Shown here piece by piece: positions 38,540 to 52,199 of a stretch of DNA of 64,000 bases. Position 1 is the stretch's first letter; every line of letters starts with the position of its first letter. Both the position numbers and the translations under genes were made by a program. Below the pieces are notes generated by a model. The model searched no databases. It worked only from the letters and a program-made list of their open reading frames with translations, and was not told the origin of the DNA. The stretch comes from Antedon mediterranea (taxonomy: Eukaryota; Animalia; Echinodermata): the NCBI RefSeq assembly GCF_964355755.1, contig NC_092671.1, positions 23,696,070 through 23,760,069 of the forward strand. Reading direction: 5' to 3'.

Positions 38540-41500
38540 TTAGTTATCCGCTTGGTATACCAAGCGGATAACTCCTTGTTATTGTACGAGATCAACATTT
38601 TTTTTCTGTATTATTAGTTATCCGCTTAGTAGCGGATAACTCCTTGTAATCGTCCTGTTTCATCAAATTTTTTTTCTGTATTATACTTCTTTCTTTCTGT
38701 CATTTTTGTGCGTCGCGTTTCTCTAAAACGTGTAGACAGAACATATCGTAACTTTGTCAACATATCGACATTTACGTGAACTTGTGCACCTCCTATTTTT
38801 GAATGACGTCAGAGTTGCGCAACGTGACTTACGTGCGATTTTATGAATTTCAATGATTGATCATAGACTAAAAACCAAACATAATTTTGTTTTGAAACTT
38901 TGTGAAAATTTAAGTCATATCAAGCGCAAACTTTCTATGGATTAAAAATAGCATGTTTCACAAAAAGTTACGCGCGCACGCGCGTTTAAAATTTTAACGT
39001 GCGAAATATAAACTTCTAATCAACTTTCTATGCGTTTCATGTCATTTTGAGCATGTCAAAAATTCCCACGCGCGCGAACATTTTTACGCACGCGGTGCAC
39101 ACGTAGCGTTAAAAACATATTTTTTTCGCGTGATTTATGTTTTTTCAGCCTTTTCTAGTAATGTTACCAAATTTTAAACAATTTCGACTTAAAATTACGT
39201 CATACGAGCACGTCGAATTAGATAATTTGCACGCGTATTTGGTGAAAAAGTTCAAAAATTCGTCAAAATTATGCCTATTTTTAAACAGTCATAGATTCTA
39301 AACTACATGGAGAACTTTTTTTTAATTACATATTCTGGAAGTTGATGAGTTGTAGATATCGGATCATGCATTATTATGGCTAACCGGACATTGTGACGTC
39401 ATCGTATGGCCACGCGAATATAAAATATAGGATTTTTGTCTCTTTCGTCATAGCTCATCACATTTAATAGAGCGCATCTCCACTTATTCGTTGTCCATTT
39501 TCATTCCGATTTTAATATATTCTAGATCTATCAACTATCTTTTGCATGAATTAAACAATTTTTAATTTTTTTAACGTCATTATGCCTAAAAATTTAAATT
39601 ACGTTGGTCATTAATTTCATCTTTACAGTAAATTTTAATCTGTTATGCCTCGTAAGAATAAAATGTGATAATCACAATTAAAACGTTTTCAGGAAGCTAT
39701 TGTATTGTAGATACAAAATCATGTGTAAATTGTGCCAATTGAATGTTGTGACGTCATCATATGGCCAGTTAAATAAAAAAAGTCGTATTTTCATCTTTTG
39801 CATTATATTTCATTACATTTAAAAGAGCACGCATCAATATTTCACGTATTCAAATTTCTTCTACACATTAATACGTTGTTGCTGAGATAATTTCATTCAG
39901 AAATTTCTACTTTTACATTTCATTTTGAAACCGTCAAGATGTTAAAAATTACAATAAAATACGGGTCCCGTAATTTCACCTATTTTACACTGTTTGTGAT
40001 ATGTATACAGATTGTACTGTGTATACTATATGACACAAAATAACAGAATTCAGAAATAACAACATATCATATTCTTCAGTTCAGGTCATAATGCCTTAAT
40101 ATTTTTCTGTGTGCAATATTCTAACGTATGACGTGCACGTGGCGTTTGTCGAGCGGATAACTAACTCGTCAAAGTGACGAGTTTCATGTCTAGTTCTTCT
40201 TTCCTTCCTTCCTTTTTGTGAGTCGCATTTCTCTAAAATGTGTAAACATAACATTTCATAACTTTGACAACATATGGGCATTTACGTGAAGTTGTGCACC
40301 TCCTATTTTTGAATGACGTCATAGTTGCGCAACGTGACTTACGCGCAATTTTATGAATTTCAAAGATTGATCATAGATTAAAAACCAAAAGTCATTTAGT
40401 ATTGACACTTTGACAAAATTTAAGTCATATCAGGGGCAAACTTTCTACGGATTAAAAATGGCATGTTTCACAAGAAGTTACGCGCGCACGCGCATTTAAA
40501 ATTTCAAAATGCGCAAAATTAATTTCTAATCAACTTTTTACGCGTTTCATGTCATATTGAGCATGTCAAAAATTCCCACGGGCGCGCAATTTTTTACGCA
40601 CGCGGTGCGCACGTAGCGATAAAAACATCTTTTTTTCTCTTGAATTATATTTTTCAAGCCTTTCCTAGTAATTTTGAAAACAATTTAGAACTTTTCCAGT
40701 TTAAATAACGCCATACGAACACGTTGAATTAGACAATTTGTGCGCGTTTTTTATGAAAAAGCTTAAAAAATCATCAAAATAATGTCTTTTTTTAAACAGT
40801 CATAGTTTCTAAAGTAAACCGTGAACCGTTTATTTTTATTACAAAATCTAGAAGTTGATGAGTTGCAGATATCGGATCATGCATCGATAAGGCTAAAAAA
40901 ACATTGTGACGTAATCGTATGGCCACACGAATGTAAAATATAGGATTTTTGTCTGTTTCGTTATTGCTCATCACATTCAATGGAGCGCATCACGCTTATC
41001 TGTATTTCTTTTTCTCCTATATTTATATATTGTCTAGGTCAATCAACTTTCTTTAGCATGAGATAAAAATATTTAAATTTTTATAACGTCATCATGCCTA
41101 AAAATTTTAATTACGTGGGTCATTAATTTCATCTTTACAGTAAATTTTAATCTGTAATAGCTCGTAAGAATAAAATGTGATAATCACGATTAAAACGTTT
41201 TCTGGAAGCTATAGGATTGTAGATACGAATTCATGTAAACATTTTGCCAATCGGATGTTGTGACGTCATCATATTGCCAGTTGAATAAAAAAAGTCGTAT
41301 TTTCATATTTTGCGTAATAGTTCATCACATTTAAATGTGCGCGCACCAACATTTTACGTATTCAAATTTCTTCTACACGTTAATATGTTGTTGCTAAGAT
41401 AATTTTCTTCAGAAATTGCTATCGTTGTGTTGTTTTTTTTATGACGTCATCATGTTAAATATTTGAATTAAAGGCAGGTCCCATAATTCAGTTAATATGT

Positions 41501-41745
41501 CATATAATATACAGTACAGTAGTACAATGTACACCAGCATAGTCTCTGATGTGAGCAAATTGTTGTTTGCCGCCCTCTGTATCATGTAGAATTAATGTCT
41601 CCTTTTATACACAGTGTACTGTATAATTATAATACAAGGCGAAAATACAGGACCACCTCTTATTATAGTTTTTAACGTATGACGTGCACGTGGCATCTGT
41701 CGTGCGGATAACTAACTCGTCAAAGTGACGAGTTTCATGTCTAGT
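38540..41745 (+). mobile_element. Two nested Helentron-type HINEs (inner copy 38614-40194)
   Basis: Two 5' hairpins AGTTATCCGC/GCGGATAACT; two 3' ends GCGGATAACTA-ACTCGTCAAAGTGACGAGT-TTCATGTCTAGT; two homologous bodies. Confidence 0.8.
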
Positions 41746-41789
41746 TATTATTGTTATTATTATTATTAGTATTATTCATAATATAAAAA

Positions 41790-42310
41790 TAACGCTTAAA
41801 AGAGAACGACGTTTCGACTCCATCATGGGGTCATTATCAAGTCCAATGAATAAAATATAAAACAACAACTAATTAAGTAGCACAAGCCAAGGGTCAAAGT
41901 TTAAATAACAAAAGACCTATTGTCTAACATCCTGTCAAATGAAAAGCTTAGCTTTTACAGAGTCACTTTGTTTATTCAGACTAGGTTTTAATTGTCTGAT
42001 ATACAACATTTCATAGATAAGACACTCAAATTTGTTTTTGCATTTCCTAAGTTAAAGATAACATTAGGAAAGTCGAAAAGAAACCTACTATTATAAGTCA
42101 ACAATGTGTTGTGTATAAATTTAAATGTGACTTGTGCGATGCAAGTTATGTGGGATATACATGCCGACACCTCTACCAACGCATTGTTGAACATAGTAGA
42201 TGCTTAATAGAACAGCATTTGAAGGATCATAACGTGATTGTTAATCCAAGTAAAATTAATTCATGTTTTAGTATACTTAGGAAATGCAAAAACAAATTTG
42301 ACTGTCTGAC
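41790..42310. mobile_element. Penelope-like fragment with inversion: 3' end on minus (41790-42052), GIY-YIG on plus (42053-42310)
   Basis: Plus strand: NLLLISQQCVVYKFKCDLCDASYVGYTCRHLYQRIVEH-like. Minus strand: LRKCKNKFECLIYEMLYIRQLKPSLNKQSDSVKAKLFI*. Confidence 0.85.
41804..41844 (-). ncRNA. Variant minimal hammerhead ribozyme (U3-A8 core)
   Basis: GGAC-TTGATAA-T-GAC.CCAT/ATGG.GTC-GAAACGTC^-GTTC; palindromic ACGT stem III. Confidence 0.75.
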
Positions 42311-42804
42311 TGTAATTATTATGAATGTGGGTTGTATTTATTGTTATTGTGTCATTGGTAATTTCGTAAAAAACTTAAAAGTAATTTGTTTATCATTGTA
42401 CTCAAACTAGACCTTCAAACTGTTTTTGTCATGACTTTTTTTTATTTAATAATTATATACAAATGTATTTTTTTCTTTTGTTTATGGGTCTTGTGTGACA
42501 AGTATTCTCTTCTTGCAAGATCCTCTATTAATGGTATTTTTTGTATTTTCTCATTATAAATTATCATTCTTTTTTATTGTATTGTTTTACCATTGATAGA
42601 AACTAATAAATGTTGAATTATGAAGAATTATGAATTATTATGAATTTGGTTTAGTGGATGGTGGTACTATCTGAGTGTTATCTGTTTAATTTTAGTTTAC
42701 TTTTTATTTTATATATGTGTGAAGCCATGTCCCTTGTGAAACTTGTGTAGTAGTGCAACTATTTAGTATCCTATCAATCAATCTTACTCATTTCCTGGTA
42801 ACTA

Positions 42805-43496
42805 GGCCCTATTTCTGCTGCCAATAAACAATACGGTATTTTTTTTTGCCTGCGACATGATCGGTCAACATCGTGTTTTTATTTTCTGTCGTTGTCAGCT
42901 GTTTTACACACGTGTATAGATATATTCGGCGAAAATGTGGAGCAAAGACGTCACAGTATTTACTATATAAATCTGTGTGGGGAAGGAGGGGTGGAGAAGG
43001 AGGGGGTGGGGAAGCTAAAATTTCTGGCCAACTAAAAGGTAATAAAAGGGACAACCAACATTTATAAAGACATTTCTAAAAAAACATAAAGCAGGAGTAC
43101 GGAATAGACTTGTCTCCAAAGCAAGTAAACTCAAAGCTGAAGAGCCTGCGAAAGCAGTACAACATTGTAAAATACAATAACTCGGGGAGGGAATGAATTA
43201 CTTGTCCCCATTACGATGTTTTCTGTGCTCTCACAACATATCTATCACTAGGGCTAGGCTGTTGAAAGTGAGATGTAAAACTTCCTTTAAGGCTTTATTG
43301 CAACTTTTAATTATCGACCAAATAAATGAATGGCAATTTGGGTAAAAAGGATGAAATTTAACACGACTACCCAAGAAGTATTGTTAGCAAAAACGGGGTA
43401 CTGAAAAATACGATATAAAAAATACCGTGTTTTATACCGTATTTTTAAACCGTATTTTTAAACCGTATTTTGAGTAGTTGCAGCAGAAACAGGCCC
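42805..43496 (+). mobile_element. PIF/Harbinger deletion derivative with a Myb/SANT relic
   Basis: TIR GGCCCTATTTCTGCTGC/GCAGCAGAAACAGGCCC; flanks CTA/TTA; broken ORF WGEAKISGQLKG...IYKDISK..KQEYGIDLSPKQVNSKLKSLRKQY...NNSGRE*ITCPHYD. Confidence 0.8.
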
Positions 43497-45035
43497 TTAT
43501 TCTATAGGAATGAGTCAGGTATATCAGAGGTGGGCCTGTAACCAGGAATGTACCTCTCTGGTCAAGACTTCAATAACTTTTGCTCCCATAGGATACATTT
43601 ACCTTTTATAAGTACTACTAGTACTGCATAATTAGGAAACAGTAAAGTCATATCTGAATTGAAGTTCTAATATATATATTAATAGTTTATTTTGTATTTT
43701 TGTAGTTAAGTTAAGTGTTCTCCGAATAAATTATTATTAATGGTCTCCCTTCCTTTGATGTTTTTATGGCCTCCAGATGTTACTTGCCAGTGTTTGCAAT
43801 AGAGATAACATAACATTAAATGAAGTTAGGTCCTAATTGTAAACTAGTAAGAATTATTAATTGGCTTAAACAAATTTATGATAATAGGGTAAAGTCAAAT
43901 AAAAGTAAAATTAATTAAAATGAGATATAAATTTAAATAGAAGAATAACAGCTATTTATCTCCCTGGCTCAATGTAGTTAGAGAAGGTAAAGGTTGTTCT
44001 CAGAATTTAAAGATACATTCCAATACACTTGCTTTAGATAGATATTTATGTACAAATATGTCATAGTTTTATAAATATGGTAACTACACAATAAATTTAC
44101 CAAATACCAGTTCATTGCAAACTAATGGAAATTTGGATAACATTTGTAAATGTTTGTATGTCTATGCGTATGAAACTCAAATTGCCAAATGTCTTTAATC
44201 CTCTAAAAATAGAACGACTATACAAAGTTTGTCGCAGTGTGAATAAAAATGCTTCAATGTTAAAAGAAACCAATTTCCTGAGATGTTTTTCTTGGTCTTG
44301 ATTTTATCCTGCATTTCAAATCATCATCAAGAAAGCTGACTCTTGCAACACCACTCAAGGCTAATGTACTTAATGCATCATTGGTTTCAGTAACCAAATT
44401 GTCCCTTAGTTTCTCACTTTTATACCTCTAATAATCTAAACTAGTAATGTTATGGCTAACTTGATTAAAATTTATTGGAGTAACTTAAGTAATCAAACTG
44501 GTGTCAATACTTATATAATGATATAGTTATCAATAGTCATGTTTCTGATGTTAGGGAAAATTATATCAATTACAGTCATCAAATTCACTACAGCTGAAAT
44601 ATTCTAATCTATGCTTTCCTGTTTATTGATGTCCCTAATTTGGGTTCCTATTGTTCCTTATTATTTTTGCTGGTGACACTGTGTAGCAAGAATGTGTATA
44701 TCTTAACATAGATTCTAAGTACTGTATATTCCTTTGTTCATAACTAATTGATATGCTAATTTAGTTTCTAAAGTATGTGGGTTGCATTTAATTGGTATTA
44801 GTATTACAGTTTATTTTTAATTTGGTTTTATCGAATTATCAATAAAAACTAATTGATCATTTCTTATTTTTGACTTATTTCTTATTTGAATACTATTTGG
44901 AAATTTTTTTTAATGGTTCAACAAAATGTAAACACCATTTATTACTAGATAACATCTATGATTTATATCAAGATAAATCAATTGGCTCAATTTTTGGACT
45001 ATAATTGTAATTCATTTTTAATTACAGCTATAGTT

Positions 45036-47610
45036 AAGTCTAGGACCTGGGTCAAATTTGTATGCATTTAATTTAGGAGAGAATATCTCAACTGTTAGGA
45101 TAATTTGACACCAACGAACAACATGGAATGTGTGCTGAATTCGCTATCCGGGGCGAACATGCCCAAAATCGGGGTCAAAGGTTCTTATATCTCGACAACC
45201 ACTTGTCGTACAGATTTGCTTTTGGTGACAAATTGTTCAGAAAATACATATTTATATTCAGTCTAACACAACCTCTAACAAAAAAATGACTGGAAATGCT
45301 TTTACTGACCTTTGACCCCAAAATGACCAAAAAACACATTTTCAGGTTAAATTATTCTTTGAAATGCCAATGGACAACTGTATGGTATCAAATGAAAGCA
45401 TACACAATATGCTACCCAACTTGTATTGAAAATGTTTAATTATGAAGCTAATTATATGGAAAATGTGCATATTTTGATTATTTTTATACAAAAAATGAAT
45501 AATTGGTAGCGTAATTGTTATTTATATAATATTAAATAATTTAAGTGTTTGGAAAAACTATTTGGTATCAAATGAAAGCCCATAAAATATTCTACCCATT
45601 GCTACCCAACTTTTATTAAAAATCTGTAATTATGATGCTAATTTTGTTAAAAATGTACATATTTTAGTATTTTTTTACAAAATGAGTATACATATTAAAT
45701 AGTGTAAATTTATTTTGATTTATTTATAATATTTAATAATTCAAGTGTTCTTTTGGTGTCAAATTGTTCAGAATATACATATTTGTATTCGGTCTAACAC
45801 AACTTTTAGCGGAAAAATTACCGGAAATGCTGTCACTGACCTTTGACCTAAAAATGACCAAAAAAACACATTTTCTGGTTAAATTATTCTTTAAAATGCC
45901 AATAGATAAACTGTATGGTATCAAATGAAAGCATACACAATATGCTACCCATTGCTACTCAACTTGTATTGACAATTTTTAATTATGAAACTAATTATAT
46001 GGAAAATGTGCATATTTTGATTACTTTTATACAAAAAACGAGTATTTGGTAGCGTAATTGTTATGTTTTTTTATATAATATTAAATTATTTAAGTGTGTG
46101 AAAAAACTATTTGGTATCAAATGAAAGCCCATTAAATATTCTATCATTGCTACCCAACTTGTTTTAAGAATCTGTAATTATGTTGTATTTTTTTATATCT
46201 AGGCTAGATCATTATCCTGTAACACTAACAGTTGAGATATTCTCTCCTAAATTAAATGCATACAAATCTGACCCAGGTCCTAGACTATATGACTATACAT
46301 TCATTTTAAATATTATTCATATTGGGTGTTACTTTGTCCAATTTGTTAAATTTATTGGATATTTTACGTACTGGTGGCCATCTCGGATTTGACACCCCTT
46401 TTTTAGAAAAATGGTAACATCTTTGTTGTATTACTTTACAACGTAGAGAAACTAAATCAGCTGGAATTACATAAGTGGCCTATTAAAATGAATATATATG
46501 TTCCGAGTATTTTGATACCAATATCATTTTGATAGACCAAAGGGTTACGGAGATTAATAGGGCAATTTGGATGCCATTTTGAAATTGCATTGAAAATCTG
46601 TAATTATGAATAATGATGTAGATTTTTTTGAAAAATTTGCATATTTTATTAATTTTTGACAAAAATGAGTATATTAAATAGTGTAAATTTATTTTGGTTT
46701 ATTTATTATGATTAAATTATTGAAGTGTTTAGAAGATCTATTCAGTATCAAATGAAAGCCCATAAAAATATTCTATCCATTGTTACCCAACTTGTATTGA
46801 AAATCTAATTATGATATTTAACAACAAAATGTGTATATTTTGACAAAAATGAGTACTGTATACTGTACGTAAGTGCAAGTAGTGTACATTTATTTTGTAT
46901 AATAAATCAATATTTTTTTAGTTTTAATGAAATATGTGACATATCAAATGAAAGCCAATCATATATGCTATAATTGAATTGTAAAGTTAAAATTAATAAA
47001 GCTACTTTAGAAAATGTTTTATAATATTATAAATAAACCAAAATAAATTTACACTACTTTCTGTATACGGTACTCATTTTTTTCCAAACACTGATGATGT
47101 AATGATTTAATATTATATAAATAAACATACCAATTACGCTACCAAATATTCATTTTTTGTATAAAAGTAATCAAAATATGCACATTTTCCATACAATTAG
47201 CTTCATAATTAGAAATTTTCAATACAAATGCTTTCATTTGATACCACACAGTTTGTCCTTAGCATTTTAAAGAATAATTAAACCTGAAAATGTGTTTTTT
47301 GGTCATTTTTGGGTCAAAAGTCAGTAAAAGTATTTCCAGTAATTTTTTCGCTAGAGGTTGTGTTAGACTGAATATAAATATGTATATTCTGAACATTTTG
47401 TCACCAAAAGCAAATCTGTACGACAAGTGGTTGTCGAGATATAAGAACCACACATTTTTAACTTTTGACCCCGATTTTGGGCATGTTCGCCCCGGATAGC
47501 GAATTTGGCACACATTCCATGTTGTTCGTTGGGGGTCAAATTATCCTATAACAGTTGAGATATTCTCTCCTAAATTTAATGCATACAAATCTGACCCAGG
47601 TCCTAGACAA
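45036..47610. mobile_element. Long-TIR foldback element (Academ-like ends) with an extra internal right end at 46205-46287
   Basis: (T/A)AGTCTAGGACCTGGGTCA... ; ~500 bp inverted arms 45036-45550 and 47100-47610; no matching TSD. Confidence 0.7.
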
Positions 47611-48129
47611 CGGAAACATTAAAAAACATTTCAACCCCTTAATAAACATTTTTCTTCTTAATTGTTTTTTTTTTCAAATTTTAGATTTAGAATAGATTTT
47701 ACTATTATGAAAATTGTGCATTGTCCATTGTCCTTAAGATCGACAATTATCCTTAATATGCACTTATTTCTTAAATGTATTGTTTATAGTTCATAGATTT
47801 TACAAATATGGTACAGTATTAATTGTTATAACTTTTTGTGAACATTTTGTATGGGTTGAACCTCTCGTTACGTGTTCCTCCGTTTTAAAGGAGAGAAACC
47901 AAACTATTATTATTATATTATGTTGGCAAGCGTCTATTAATTAGTATGACAACAACATTTTTATATTTAATGACAAAAAGAGAGATTGACCTTTTGCTTT
48001 CATTAACTCAGATTAGCAAGAAAAAAAAAATGTTTGTCTTTCTTCTTACAATTAAAGAATAATAGAACTTGAATGAAGCTCAATTGATTAGAATGAGAGT
48101 ATACTGTACTAGAATTATTTAGTAATCAA

Positions 48130-48745
48130 CAAAACCAAAGCAAGGCAAGGTACATAATAGTTTAGAATATCTTAAAAATGAAATTATTGAAGAAGTTAAC
48201 GAATACAAATATTTAGATACTACCATAGTAGACAACAAATTTAATGTTACAACTCAGTCAGATGAAAAGCAAATCAGCGAATGTATTTTTAAAGAAAACT
48301 TAACTATTTTAACGTAGATAAAACGATTTCAATATTATTTTACAAATCTGTTGTCCTTAGCATTTTAACTTTAAATTGTATATATGGTAAGGTGACGAAA
48401 GCAATCAAAAACAAACTTAAGAATGTAAAGCTGCTAAACATATAATGAGAGTGGAAATTGTTATTGAAACCTTAGAAACAATTTATACCAGCTGAACTCA
48501 AAAGAAAGTTATTAAGATTATTCAAATTAAACACATCCTCTAAAATCATTAATTAAAATATAATAGATCTGGCATAAGATTATGTGTACCGCGTACTCAT
48601 ATGACAAGATATAGGAATTCTTTTTATCCAAATTCAATTTTCAAATTTAATCGGGCGCTAATTTTGTTACTTATCATTTGTATTATGTATGCCAAAGGAA
48701 AGCAAATTTCCACAAATTATTGGACGAATAAAATATATATTGTAT
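48130..48745 (+). mobile_element. Degraded Rex1/Babar-like LINE 3' fragment
   Basis: IEEVNEYKYL...KANQRMYF.RKLNYFNVDKTI.ILFYKSVVLSILT, with frameshifts. Confidence 0.65.
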
Positions 48746-49959
48746 CTGATCTTAAAACTTTTTGAAAATGGAACATGTTCCCAATGTTAAATCATTACAG
48801 TGACATATTATAACAATAGACCTATTATAATTTATAGGTCCATCAATGATACCAACACACAGATTTATTTGTTTTATTTTATATACTATCATCATGTAAT
48901 TATTTTTAAACCATGATTTGACCAAAAAGATTATATCCTTTTATTTTGTATATTATTATTAATTGTAGTAAGGGATTGTAATGCTTTTATAACCATACTA
49001 CACAACTGCTCTTAGTCTTATCTCTGTGAGTGACAATAAAATCTCCCTCCCCATTAAATAACACCCCCTCCCCCTTGTACCCTAATGACATTCACACAGA
49101 GGTTCCAAATATATTGAAAAGATCGTTTTTTTATGTTGCGTCATTAAAAATCTGTAATTTAACGAGAAAATGTGACTTTTATACGAAATTTTGTCCACTC
49201 ATGTCGTAAATTGTTTACCACAAATGCGATAGAGCATGACCGAAATTACGATACGCCGTCAGCGCCCGTTGACAAATATGCTATAAAACCTATAATTGAC
49301 TGTTTATAGAATAATGTAAATTTAATTTACAATAAATACTCAATGAAATATATGACATAATAAAGAAATCCAAATATAAATTGAAATATTTACAGATAAT
49401 GTGTTTAAAAATATCCAAATTAAAACGGCCTTCCATAACATAAAGTGCGCCCTCAATCGTCATACATTTATCAAACTTTTGAATTTTATGTTTATGTTTT
49501 ATGCCATCACAAATGGCAAAATATATTTTTCGACTTTATGTTATTGTTAACTAGATTAAGAAGGAAAAAATCCATTTTGCGTCTACAAGATAATAATTTC
49601 AATTTCCAAACTTTAACAGCGGAAAACGGCCACGTTTGTGATTAGTCAGAATCAGAAAATATTTACTCATTCTTCCCTAAAGGATGGTGGAGCTGAATTG
49701 TATTGGCATCCCACATTGTGTGACGTTTTTGAGACATTTTAGAATAAATTTCATCCCAAGTGTTATTTGAAAATATAATATTGAAAAAAAAACCAAAACA
49801 ACGCTTTCCTCAATTACGTTGTTGCCAATTGAACTATTGTACGCATCTTGGCCGGCGGCCCACTACAATTCAGAGAATTAAAACGCATAATATTTACGAG
49901 ATACTTGTTTCCATTAAGAAAGACGTTAAAGAAGATGGATAAATGGTGAAAGGCGAATG

Positions 49960-50680
49960 TAATTTCTTCATTGAATGTCATTCAAAACACCTATTTTTTA
50001 ACTTCAAATCTCTCAACGTCTTTGATGTTAATAAACTTCAAACTGCATTATTCATGTACCGACTTACAAATAATCTACTTCCGACCCACATATGTTCACT
50101 CTTTACTAAACCTTCTGATACCCATACACATTTTACCAGTTTTTCCAATACTAATGTATACACTGTTAAAAACTGCGACTCGCACATTAGACGTCATTCA
50201 ATACTTTATACCGGACCTAAACTTTGGGAAAGTCTTTCACATTCACTGATAAAGAAACCTTCACTTTTTAGTTTTAAAATTACATATAAGCAATCTCTAA
50301 TCCAAGCATATGATGAATAAGGTGTTATGATTATTTTTAATTATGTTAATTTATTGTTATTCTAATTTTTATATATTATATTTTAATCACAACTATTACT
50401 GATATTTGTTATTCTCCAATTTTTACTAGGCATTTTGTACAGCAAATATTAATATTTCATGTGCTGTTTTTGTCATGTACCGTAACTGCAGTCTTGTTAG
50501 GGGGTCAAGCTTAAAGTACCATACTTATTTGACCTCCTTTCACACTTCTTTGTTGTACAAGTTTCTCTATATATTTTGTTTAAATTAGTTTGATTACCTT
50601 AATGTTTCACATTACCGGTACTTGTATTATTTTTTGAAGTGTGAACAAAAATTGAATAAAAAAAAAAAAAAAAAAAAAAA
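49960..50680 (+). mobile_element. CR1/L2-group (Crack/Daphne-like) LINE 3' end with poly(A)
   Basis: HSKHLFFNFKSLNVFDVNKLQTALFMY...SILYTGPKLWESL...SFK; AATAAA then A-tail at 50658-50680. Confidence 0.85.
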
Positions 50681-52199
50681 CAACCATATTTATTTTCCCA
50701 TAAAAAAGGCCTATATAAATTTGGAAAAGAAAAATTATCAAACTGCAGGCAATAAGCTAGGCAGATTCCGACTTTACAGACATTTTGCGAAAGATCTGAT
50801 CCTGCTATTTTTTCTAATGTCCTTTCTATGACTTAATAATCGCAATAGTTTTAAAATTGTCTGAATTTTATTTCAAAACCCAATACAAACAGCAAAATTA
50901 ACTCGCAAATAATAACAGGAAGGTTTTCCACCAAACGCCATGCTCTGTTGTCAAAATCTACAATTATTGTGTGAAATGAGAATATTATATCTTATATCTT
51001 TGAACAATGTAAATATAGGTTACCTATTTCAGCGGTACGTTTACAATCTGCGTAGGAACCTTTTTGAAAAGTCTTTGTAGGGCCTCATCGCATAAATGTG
51101 TTTCTTTCATCTCTGTTTATTCCGTTCCGTTTACATTGTATGTTTGCCAATGTTTTTATTGAATTAAAAATTGATAGTTGGTAACTAATGTAAAGAGGGT
51201 TTGTGCAAAATGTGGTCATCCCTACCCAGAGCTGCTTAGAAGTAGTTTTGGTCATATATTTTGTAGAAACAGCACTTGTGACAAAATCTGCCGTCAATAA
51301 CAACCACATTATTTTGTGCAAACTTGCCACCATCAATGTGCAATTGATGTATCAATTGATTTCTACACTTGTGTTGTTTTTGATGGAAATTATAGGTTCA
51401 TATCGGCAAAAAATCATCACCCAAACATGACGCCGTTATATGTAACACATTTTGATGTTAAATGTGCAAATAATATTTTTTTTTAAATCAAAAAACTGTT
51501 TCGTTTGCTAATGTGAGATTGAACGGCTGGTAATAATATGTATATTTTGTAACACGAAACATTTTTTTTGTGTTCAATTCAATTCAAATTCACATTTATT
51601 TAGCCAAAAGCAGCATGGACCTTACACTCGAAAAACGGCATTCTGTAGTAGTACCGGTAGTAAGTCCATTTACAAAAACAAAAATAAGTCATAATATTAT
51701 TGCTGAGAATTCTAAATTAACTTCAATCTGTGGAAGTAGTGTCATCATCAGCAATAGACACGATCGTACATCCAGTATCATCGGACAAAATGTGTTGTTT
51801 TTTAGAAGACAACATCTTTTATTCTGTATTACACAATCATATCTGCAAGTTGGACAAGGACGACACATCTTATTTTGGATACATACTCAGTGTTATTGCA
51901 TTTTTGCTATTTATTATTGAATTTTTCAAACAAAAATATGGTATAGATAGTAACAACGGATAGGATTATGTGCTAGATGTATCCCGGGTCGTCCCTATGC
52001 AACGTATTTTGGTGTTGAAATATTATACTATATAGGGGGCGCTATAACAAGCAAAAATTGTATTCATAAAAGCATGCACAGCAAATTCATATCCGAATAC
52101 TGTATCAGCAACAGAATTCATTTACGGCCTACAGAATTTTGCAAATCAAGATTTTATAAGATATCTCAACTTTAAAATCATATTGATGTTTTAGTAAAC

